DNA of 63,420 bases, filler included, from Dugesia japonica (taxonomy: Eukaryota), in NCBI GenBank assembly GCA_001938525.1. It is 6 parts of 6 records of this genome, joined end to end, with 100 filler letters (N's around TTAATTAATTAA, not from the genome) between each part and the next. Parts side by side here need not be neighbours in the genome. Positions count along the whole stretch, not along the records: positions 46,408 to 54,590 come from MQRL01452896.1; positions 54,691 to 63,420 come from MQRL01624386.1; 4 more parts are not named here. One strand, given 5' to 3'. Positions 53,501-63,420 of the stretch are shown one piece after another; the stretch's first letter is position 1; every line of letters starts with the position of its first letter. A program made the translations under genes and the position numbers. The notes beneath the pieces are model-generated. The model saw only the letters and a program-made list of their open reading frames with translations. It did no database searches and was not told the origin of the DNA.

Positions 53501-54590
53501 TAAATAACAAGAAAATTAATTAATTTTATTCTAAAAAGAAAATTTAATTGTATGAAAATCTGTTTTTATGAAATAGCTTTGCCCCAGAAGTTCTCAGTGA
53601 ATCCCAACTAGAAAATAGTGAAAGCTAAAGTTATGGAGCAATTAAATTTCCCAACGAGAAAAAGTTACCAACACCAAAAGAATATGAAAAAACGGTTTAA
53701 AGAACGGACCAATAAGAGGTTAGAAAATAAAGAAAAAAAAGCCTCAAAAGTCACCAGGTGTCCTACAAATAGGCACCAATAATGTAGCTAAGAATCCTAG
53801 AAATTTTTGGAACATTAGAGGTAGTGCCAATCAAAATTGGCTAACCAAAAAAAAGTAACTAACCAACGTGAAAGTAGTTGGGGTGTAAGGAAAAATATAT
53901 AAAAGGTCCTCGAAATTCAGACATAAGATCAGCAATTTTTGTTCATTAATTTGACTATTGAGGAACAATTAACTAATTTCTAGGAAAATCACAACAGTAT
54001 TTGGAGAAATATCGAAAAAATATCACCTACCAGTTCTATTTTGGAGCCACATTTCCACCATTTAGATAACCCGTTGTAGAAATTCTAACTATACTAGTAA
54101 GTAATATGTTTTGTGCATTGATTATATGAATATTTTAATACTGAATAATAAAATTATTTGATGGTTATATTAGTTATTAAAATGTATTGAATATAAATAA
54201 AAATGGTTAAGACATCAAACAATTAAGAACCAGTATTTTATTTTGCTCACCAGTAACTATGCTATAGCATGACATGTACGTAACTTTCGTAAAATAAAAT
54301 AAAAAACTATTTTTTCCATGATTTGTGACATGATAACATGTTATAAAAGTTCAGCAGCAGATCTTAATTCCTCCAGAGACGGCGTTTTAAATCTATAATA
54401 GATGTCGAATCAGCAGCAGCAAATCGTTACCTCCATCAAAAATTTGGTATTTGCCAACGTGTATATGTATATATGAGCCATAGTCATTTTTGCCATTCAT
54501 CAACAGTTAAATCCCTTTTCTGTGTAAGTCCACTACGATTTAGAAAATATTAAATATGAAATTACTGTTCTCATAAGTCATGATAGAATC

Positions 54591-54690
54591 NNNNNNNNNN
54601 NNNNNNNNNNNNNNNNNNNNNNNNNNNNNNNNNNTTAATTAATTAANNNNNNNNNNNNNNNNNNNNNNNNNNNNNNNNNNNNNNNNNNNN
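54591..54690. other. Artificial contig-join linker
   Basis: N44-TTAATTAATTAA-N44. Confidence 0.97.
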
Positions 54691-54873
54691 CAAAAATCAT
54701 TAAATTAAAACAAATCACAAAAAATCAATTACTTTAAACAAAAATAAATAAACATTAAAACAAATTGACCTTGAATTTTTTCAGCCAATGAGAATAAAGT
54801 ATACTAAAACACTAACCTTGAAAAAATTTGACCTTGGCGGGGGGTTGTTCCAGTGCGCCACTATCTATCTACT
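54691..54873. mobile_element. Polinton-like right terminus abutting an LTR fragment
   Basis: Ends CCAGTGCGCCACTATCTATCTACT. Confidence 0.6.
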
Positions 54874-54877
54874 AATA

Positions 54878-55049
54878 TGAACCCAAACCAAAGGAGTGCG
54901 AGTCTGTACTTGGATTCCGAGCCAATGGCTCCATTCCGAAGATCTAGATTTTTTGGGACGCCAGATTAAGTTCTTCACGGGGTTTAACTAGGCTGATCAC
55001 CCTAGACTAAATAATTAAAAAATTAACCCACCTAGATAAAGCCCCAACA
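54878..55049 (+). repeat. LTR 3' fragment of the large-element family
   Basis: GGAGTGCGAGTCTGTACT...CCATTCCGAAGATCT...CCCTAGACT...GCCCCAACA. Confidence 0.8.
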
Positions 55050-55194
55050 CAATTATAATTATAATTCTTAAATTGTTAAACAAAAAAATCCAAAAATTAT
55101 AAAAATTCAAATTATTTTTAATTTAATAATAACACTTAAGACATTGAAGAAATATTTTTCACTTTGATTTATTTCCATACAAAATGATTATTTA

Positions 55195-55805
55195 TTAAAA
55201 TTTCATCAACATAAAGAAAAAGGTTCGATCAAAATAAAATGTATTTGTAAAAAAGTTCAAATTTTCGACAATAGTCTTCTTCAAGAACATGACGACTTCT
55301 TGATTGATTCAACGCAATAGATCTTTGTTACTCAATTCTCTAGATTTTATCATATTTTTATTGGTTCATTTTAATTATGAATTTTAATCTTGAAATTAAA
55401 TTAACTCTTAGAAATTTTAAAAATTTTTTATTATAATATAATAATTGTAAAAAAATTTCAAAACTTCTTATATATAAAAATTATAATCGAACAAAAAAAT
55501 TTTAAAAATCACTAATATATTAAAATTATATGATACATAACTAAAAAAATTAAATATCTGAAAAACTTTTCAATTTAATTAATAAAAAAGTTTTTTTTAA
55601 AAAATTTTTAAGAGTTAATTTAATTTAAAAATAAGATTAAAATTCATAATTAAAATGAACCAATAAAAATCCGATAAAATCTAGAGAATTGAATAACAGA
55701 TCTATTGCGTTGAATCAATCAAGAAGTCTATTGTCGAAAATTTGAACTTTTTACAAATAAATTTTATTTTGATTGAAGCTTTTTCTTTATTTTAATGAAA
55801 TCTCA
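55195..55805. repeat. Long fold-back inverted repeat (~200-bp arms), MITE/Foldback-like
   Basis: 55213-55410 is the near reverse complement of 55600-55790. Confidence 0.85.
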
Positions 55806-56499
55806 AATTCGATCAATGGTTAAGTACAACAATTATTCGCACAGTAATTGTAATTATATTATTTATTAAGTTTAGAATTGTTTTTAAAATTTATTTAGAA
55901 TTTATTTTTTGTGTATTGTTAAACTTTTTAAGACGAACAAGGATAAGTAAAAACATTTAGAACTCTCAAATATAATTATCTATTTAATATTTTCGTGTTC
56001 GTAATTTTCATTTGCGCTATTTTTATGTTCACGTATTTTTTAAGTAATGGGATAAAATACTTTAGATTTAAAAATAATTAAAACAGAAAGTTTGTATATA
56101 AATCACAAAATACTGTGTTATGAAGAGAATCATAATTTAGAAATTTTGATACTTGTGGCTTCTTTTGCAGAGTAATTATAGCAGGTTAAAATATTAGAAA
56201 AATTCAAAAGATGCTAACAGTATTTAATATTTTTTTTTCATTTTAGAACTAAAATCAAAGTTGGGTATTTATTTAAAACATATTTGATATGTTAAAATAT
56301 TCTAAAATTGCAATACTTTCTTTGAATGCATTCGTTAGGATGTTTTAATATCCAACATAAAAATTTTTGAAAAGTTCCATAAAATTATTATGAAATAATA
56401 ATTGAAGAAATTTCAAATAAAAAAAAGAAAAGAATTAAAACAATTAATTGCATATGAATAAATTTTTCATTATCCTTATAATTTTTTAATAAATATTTA

Positions 56500-56990
56500 T
56501 GTAAACTGGAGAAAAGATAGAAGATCTATATGTGGATCGTATGTGGACCGTTCAAAGAGACTACGGAGAAAGAAATACATTCTAGCCATAATAGATCACT
56601 ATATTAAATATATTTCATTATCGGCCATAGGAAGAGGAAACCATATGCAAGATAATTAATGAAAAATTATTACTAAGGTTTGGAGCATCAAAAAAGATAC
56701 ATACTGATTGCGGGAAGACCTTCGAATCAAAGGCGTTCAAGGATATGGCATGCAGATTGTACATAGAACTATGTTACTCGAGCCCATACCACCACGGGAC
56801 AAATGGCTAGGTTGACAAACAAATCAGAACCATCAGGGACTACATAAATGCATCTGGATAAGCAAATTGGGGCGAAAAGATTCTTGAATTAGAGTTGATG
56901 ATAAATGCCACATATCAAAAGACGGTTAAAACTAGCCATCCTGTACGGAAGAGATTTTCGAAGAGAACGATGGATCGATTATGAAGCGGT
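56500..56990 (+). mobile_element. Gypsy integrase relic (related to 25680-26350)
   Basis: IIDHYIKY..LLLRFGASKKIHTDCGKTFES..YSSPYHHGTNG*VDKQIRTIRD. Confidence 0.8.
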
Positions 56991-57177
56991 AGAAGAGAGG
57001 TTGATCAGTGCTTTGTTAATGTAATTTCTATGTCACGAAAACATTCACAAATTCTTAATTTTTCTCTTGAAATTGGTTCTGAAAATTTCATTTAGGAATT
57101 ATTAATTTAATGTAGAAATTATTATTTTAAGCTGAACAATTCATATTTTATTTTATATATTATTTCATTTTTTACAG

Positions 57178-60100
57178 AGTTTGGCTATGGGTTTAATTGG
57201 GTTATTAGAATGTGATTCTGAAGATGTATCATCAATTGTTGATCAAAACTTTCAAATAGGGATTAAAGATTCTTTTGGTAATATTCGCGTAGAAGATATT
57301 AAAACCAGTGGTTCGAATATTAAGTTAACATCAGCAAATAGAGAAGTAATATTTTTGTATTTAATGTCGTTGCTTTTATGTTTAGTAGGAATATGTGAGA
57401 CTTTATTCTAGTTATTTATTAAATGATTCTGTAAAGAATCAGTTCAATGCTTTCTATGAAGGCTTTCAAATGGTTGTTAATGAGAGTCCTTTATCATTAT
57501 TATTTAGACCAGAAGAAATAGAGTTATTGGTGTGTGGAAATAAAGTATGATATTCTGATACTGTTTTTAATTATTTCAAGCATTTATAATCAATATCTTC
57601 ATATAGATAAATTTTAATTTGAGTTGCACAATATTGCAAAATAAAAAGTTTCTATCAATTTTTTCAAAACTTAATAATTTGTTGCTATAAAAAATTTTCA
57701 CACTTAAGTTACATTATGTAAAATTGTTAAACTGATTGTGAGATATACTATTTTTAAATAGTTTAAGTTTTCATGATTAATCAAATTTTAGGATTATTTA
57801 AATTAGATTTAATTTTTTTTAAAAATTCTGTTGTTTAAATATTAGTGTAGTTTGGAAGTTTATTAAAAACAATTCATTTTCCAAATCACAACTAATGCTT
57901 TTAGACATCATTTATTTCACTACTAAAACAGAAATTTGTTAAGATAATTATAAGTGATTACAATTAATTAAATATTAATTTTCAATTTAATCGCTTTCCA
58001 TTGGATGAAATTAATAATTATCTCCTTATATCTATCAATTAATTTTTTTTTAAAATTGGTCAAGTTCTTGTTCAAAATTTCAAAGTATAACCACAGCTTG
58101 ATTTTTTAAAAGATGTATGCAAACTTCAGATATAGTTGTTTTATATTTAAAGTTCGATTATCTGGCTTTTGAATATATGTACTGAAATGTTAATCATTTA
58201 AAGAAATTAATACAAATTAACTTAAAAAGAGGTGAATATTAAAACTTCGATTAGTCTAAATATATATACTTTTATTTGTTTTTTTTTATCTCTTTATAAA
58301 TTAAATTTTATCCATTTGCCAAGTGCTATTTAAATATTTTATCGAGTCTCTATTTTTCATATTATTTTCCCAAACTTTCAAAACTACATTTTAATATATC
58401 CGTAGATTTAAAAAGGTTATTTTTAAAGTAATATAATATAACAATATATAATAATATAATATAATAATATAAGTAATATAATAATATAATATAACATACC
58501 CTACCAATTAAAAAATTATTTGTATATCCTCTTTTCCTCACAATTTTTAATGTTTGTGCTTGAAATTTGTTAAGTTACTACCTATTTATAGGATATAAAA
58601 CTTCTCTGTAGTATTAGTGGTTTAGTGGACTGCAACACGTTTAACATGTTTAAATAATAAGTTTTTAATTAATACGTTTTCAAAGGTAATAATCGTATTA
58701 CTTTTAAGGATATAGTTAAAACGGCTCGATCAATGAAACTATATTTTCCCAATGTCCTCTTTCTAAATTTTATTCCCTGCAAGCTCTAACTGCTATGCGC
58801 TCCCCTCGCACACTGCGAAGGCCTGCTTTTGTGCTTTTATATTTTTTTTAAAAATTCGAAAGACAAATCAAACTTCGTTATAGATAATACATTAAATAAT
58901 GAGGAAGTTGCATAAAACATAAATCTTCCGCGGCATCACGCAAAATATTATCAGCACCTATTATGTGCCTGGGCTCACGTTTTGGACATCATTGTTATTG
59001 AAGAATAATACGTGCACTCCAAATGTCGAAAATAAATACTAAATCTCAGCAGAATCTTTTCAAAATATCCATGAAGTATAATTCAATAGAATGATAGCCT
59101 TGATATGCTATAATTGTGATTTCTTACGGATCAGTGGACTGCAACATGCTTAACATGTTGAAATAATAAGTTTTCAATTAATAGGTTTTCAAAGGTAATA
59201 ATCGTATTACTTTTAAGGATATAGTTAAAACGAGTCGATCACTGAAACTTTATTTTCCCAAAGTCCTCTTTCTAAATTTTATTCCCTGCAAGCTCTAACT
59301 GCTATGCGCTCCCATCGCTCACTGCGAAGGCCTCCTTTTGTGCTTTTATATTATTTTTAGGAGAATCATTAGCATGGAATGGTGACATTTAATTTTATTT
59401 ATTCACTACTTCATCAGTTAGTTGTGACTTTTAATTCATTTTAAAAAGTAACGCAAGATTTTTGCATTTTTAATTGTATTGTTGTTTATCAAATTCTTAT
59501 TGTAATCAATTAATGATTTTAGTTGTTTAAATAAATATTAGATAAAAAAGAAATCGTTATTAATAATGTGTATGTAAGCCTGATCCCTAACACTGATGAA
59601 AAAAAAATTGTCGACAAAAAAATAATATTGTAAAGTTTATTGATTTCCACTAATTTTTTATTCTATCTTTTTCATATTCATTATTTTGAATTCACCCGTA
59701 AATTCATTTTTTTAACTATTCTAGTTTGTCTTAGCCACAAATTACTTTCATTAAAATAAAAGCTTCGATCAAATTTTTGTTTTTGATAATAATTCTAATT
59801 TTTGACTTTGTCTTCTTCATAAATTGACTTTTTTATATGTTCAATTGTTATTTTTACAATAGTAATTTTATTTGAATTAATTTTTTTACTAAATTTTAAT
59901 TGATTAATTTCAATTTTTTTAATTTTAATTATTTAATTATTATAAGTTATATTGATTTTTGGATTATCTTTAATTAGTAATTCTTCATGTTTTTTCCTAT
60001 GAATTGTGGAACTGTAGCCTGTTCCTAGTGTTTTCAATGCTATGTGATTATTCTGATGAAATTTTATTTTTGCGTTGAAAGTATTTGAAGATTTCACTTT

Positions 60101-61828
60101 CTTTTTGTTTCAGATGTTCCTTAATTCTTGTTTGGATGGTTCTGCATGTTTCACCTATAAATGTTTCTTGACAAATGGTCGATGTTATTTTATAAGTGAC
60201 ATTTTTCTTATTGCATATATTTCTACCAACACAAACGAATTTGGGACCACAATAGTTTTGTCTTGGTTTCCGTAATTGGATGCCAAAGGTGCTTGCGTTG
60301 AAAATAATTGTTGGAATGTGTTTGAGTTAAGAATTTAGAATTTTGAATGTATTAAATTTTGCATGATTTGGCTATATTTCTCATTAATAAAAAGTAATTT
60401 AATAACTGTGTTTTTGGTTTGATTTTATTATGTTTTGTATTCAAAGATAAATATTTTGATATAATTTTATTTGGGTAGCCGTTATTTAAGAATTTANNNN
60501 NNNNNNNNNNNNNNNNNNNNNNNNNNNNNNNNNNNNNNNNNNNNNNNNNNNNNNNNNNNNNNNNNNNNNNNNNNNNNNNNNNNNNNNNNNNNNNNNNNNN
60601 NNNNNNNNNNNNNNNNNNNNNNNNNCCAACAATTATTCTCGCAATAATTGTAATTGTAAAACAAATTACTTATTTTAATATTTCTTAATTTTTTCTAGAA
60701 TTTCGAAAATGTTCAATAATTTTCAAATTCTCTTTATCTAATATTTTGCTTCAAAATAATTTTTTACTTTTCACAAGTTACTGGATTTCTCTTTAGTTTT
60801 TATTCCAGTTTTCCTAGTTTTATTATTCTGATTAGGGTGATTTACAAGCAGCATTTATAATACAAAATTAGCATTTAATGAAAAAATAGCATTTATAAAA
60901 TTAATGGGTGTTTATCAAGTTTATTTAACCGTTAAAACATCAAAAAAATTCAGCTAAACTAACTAAAATATTAAATATAATAATAATAATAATACTACAA
61001 TATTAAATATAATTTATATCTAAAATTCTTTTATTTTAATATATTGACACTTATGAAAATTTTCATATATGCTAAGAAAGTAGCAAAAAGTCGCCCTAAT
61101 TCTGGCATAATTTATTATTTTAATTATAATTATTTTCATTTATTTATTTTTGTCGAATTAATGCCTGTTATTTTTTGTAAATAAAAATTTTATTATTAAT
61201 TTTAATGATTCATTTCACTAATTTTATTTCAACGTTCTGTTTTAGTCTACGATTCCTGAATACTTGGGTAATTTGCCTAATGCTATTTATTTTCTTTCTC
61301 GTAACATTTTGTTTATTTCATAATAGGTTCTTTCTACTTTTTGAAATATATTTTTTGTTTACGTAATCTTAATTTTTATATATTTTATCTTTATTTAAAT
61401 TTAAACTAAATGCATATCTTTTTCGTTATAACAAACTATATTTATTAGAATGTTGATTTTCTCCAATTAGAAAAGGTTACAAAATATGATGGCGGATTTA
61501 CTTTTAATTCAAATACTATTATAAGCTTTTGGGAAATTGTACATGAAATGACGAATGAACAGCATTCCAATTTACTACAATTTTCAACTGGGTCAGATAG
61601 AATTCCAGTTGGGGGAATGCAAAAGATGGAATTCAAAATAATCAGACATGGATCTGATACTAACAGGTGGATAATTTTAGTTACTGATACTTATTTAATT
61701 TCTACAGACTTCCAACAGCACAGACTTGTTTTAATACTTTATTGTTACCTGACTATTGTTCAAAAGAAAAATTAAAGCATTGTTTGCTCAAAGCTATTTC
61801 TTATTCCAAAGGATTTGGAATTAGATAG
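57178..61828 (+). CDS. UBE3A: HECT E3 ubiquitin ligase, UBE3A/E6AP-like, 3' exons 57178-57345, 57389-57544, 61449-61666, 61708-61828
   Basis: [28 protein letters not shown]|[76 protein letters not shown]; canonical splice sites. Confidence 0.9.
57845..58030 (-). repeat. Solo-LTR-like copy of 26351-26524 in the UBE3A intron
   Basis: rc TATAAGGAGATAATTATTAATTTC...AATCACTTATAATTATC...TAGTTGTGATTTGGAAAAT. Confidence 0.7.
58623..59357. repeat. Two ~225-bp direct repeats flanking a ~285-bp spacer
   Basis: AGTGGACTGCAACA...CTGCGAAGGCCT..TTTTGTGCTTTTATATT at ~58623-58849 and ~59133-59357. Confidence 0.9.
59990..60350 (-). mobile_element. Penelope-like GIY-YIG endonuclease relic
   Basis: [44 protein letters not shown]. 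Confidence 0.85.
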
Positions 61829-63079
61829 AATTTTACATTCCAAGATTTAGCTGAACTTATATTTGTTGTTTTATTTATTTTATCTGAAAAAAAACGTTAA
61901 TTGTATATTATTTCGTTTATCAAAATTATACTTTTTAAAAATTATAATTATAATAGAAATTTTGAATAAACGGAATAAACGGAACATCTATTATAGCTTT
62001 TATTTTTTCAAAAAAGTAAACTGCAATATTTATTAATAGTTTGGAGGTAGTTACTTAATTTATTGTTTGTTTAATGTCATTACTAAGGTTTGATCAGACA
62101 TTCATGACAGTTTCGATGATTTACCGTACTTAAGTGCGCACATATTTGGTTTTAATTTGTTTGATGATCATTTGTAAAGTTGATTGAAAGTAGATATGAG
62201 TACAAGATATTAACTAATGAGATGTAGCATAACTAAGAATGTTTGTATTATGGCATTATTTCATTTTGTCAGATTACGTAATCATTTGCAACATTAATGA
62301 GAGCAGATCACAATAGATGGAATGGTATGCTTTCAATATTTCTTGAAAGCATATTGATAATGAGAGTAGTGTATGAAAATGCTTGCGTTATTAAATGAAG
62401 AATGTATAGTTCAAAAATGATTTAATTATAGAGGTATAATTATTAAAATTTAACAGAAAATCAGTGCTTCGCGAGAAAGTTAAAAGGGACAAATTAAAAT
62501 ATCTGAAAAAATCAATAAACGAGTAGTTCTACATAATATTATTTATTTTGATAAATGTTTTGGGTTATTTAGAGTATCTATCATGTATTTTGTCTTCTGA
62601 GTTCTGCAGCTCTTAGTTGAAATAAGTCTAGTGTTCCACTACAATTAAATTTGGTTTCTGAAGTTTATTACTAGAACAATGATCCGGTTTTCTAGATAGC
62701 ATCATGATTTACTTCCTTCACTTCCTAATGAAATCTTGGATCTTCTGATATTGCGCTATTCATGAGTTCAATAGATCAATATAAGAAACCTTAAATCTCA
62801 AAAGTCATGTTAGTTGTTTACTTATTATAATTTTTAAATTTATGTACCAGTAACAGTAAAATTTAGAATATAATTTTTCACTCGTTGAATTCTTCTATAA
62901 CAGTAAAAACATAAGGTATAGATTTTTAACATAAAAGTAGTAATTAAGCAAACTCAGTTAAAAATGTTTAACACTTAATACGAAAAGATTCTAATTAATT
63001 AGGGCCTCATTAATTGATGAAATGAATAAACGAGTTATAAGTTGAAGTCTAATGGACTAATGAATCTTAAGTAATAAGC

Positions 63080-63319
63080 ATGATTTGTAAATCAAGCGAG
63101 TATTATGAACTATGGACCCAAACCGATGGAGTGCGAGTCTGTACTCAGATTTCGAGTCAACGGCTCCATTCCGAAGATCTGGATTTTTGGGGACACCAGA
63201 TTCAAATAAATTGCGGGGTTTTACCAGATCAGTTACCCTAGACTTAATTTTATATATAGTTCGACCCCCCTAGATTTAATTATCTAGGAGATCAATTCAC
63301 AAAGGGTAAAACCCCAACA
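63080..63319 (+). repeat. LTR 3' part of the large-element family
   Basis: Aligns to rc of 10106-10345; ends GGGTAAAACCCCAACA. Confidence 0.85.
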
Positions 63320-63348
63320 ATAATAATAATAATAATAATAATAATAAT
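63320..63348. repeat. (AAT)n tract between an LTR end and a probable LTR start (TGTTGGG at 63349)
   Basis: CCCCAACA-(ATA)n-TGTTGGG. Confidence 0.85.
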
Positions 63349-63420
63349 TGTTGGGTTTTTAGGATTTTGAAATAATCTAATATCGTTGTTTTTCATAATC
63401 GAGCATTGTTACGAACAAAT

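Noticed and set aside
59370-59425. Minus-strand CTGATGA downstream of the PLE endonuclease as a second hammerhead
   Set aside because: No convincing stem II or GAAA box; at best a decayed remnant

Overview
AT-rich eukaryotic DNA, not prokaryotic. Evidence: 41-59 nt GT-AG introns, (AAT)n microsatellites and dense decayed transposable elements. A triclad flatworm (planarian) is a plausible source, but that is inference. The window is six pieces joined by artificial 100-nt linkers (N44-TTAATTAATTAA-N44) at 10479, 25239, 36191, 46308 and 54591, so adjacency across those points means nothing. Host genes: a complete 6-exon TRAF (RING-Zn finger-coiled coil-MATH), the 3' exons of a UBE3A/E6AP-like HECT ligase, one p90 RSK kinase exon, and two divergent multi-exon genes with degenerate dynamin-like GTPase motifs. 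Mobile DNA: (1) a very large minus-strand LTR retroelement filling the first piece, with an LTR end, a tRNA-Pro-type PBS, a 4.5-kb leader carrying a tandem array and putative introns, and a ~5.1-kb decayed polyprotein with two capsid-like modules, ~17 CCHC knuckles, a protease and a coiled coil, but no RT in >10 kb; (2) a Gypsy pol with two tandem protease domains joined to an inverted piece of that element; (3) Polinton/adintovirus-type relics (penton, adenain protease, pPolB, several termini) and a complete 847-bp miniature derivative with a 6-bp TSD; (4) Penelope-like RT and GIY-YIG relics plus a candidate minimal hammerhead ribozyme; (5) mariners, an RLE-type LINE end, Gypsy integrase relics and MITEs. 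All protein assignments come from motif recognition by eye; no database searches were run.
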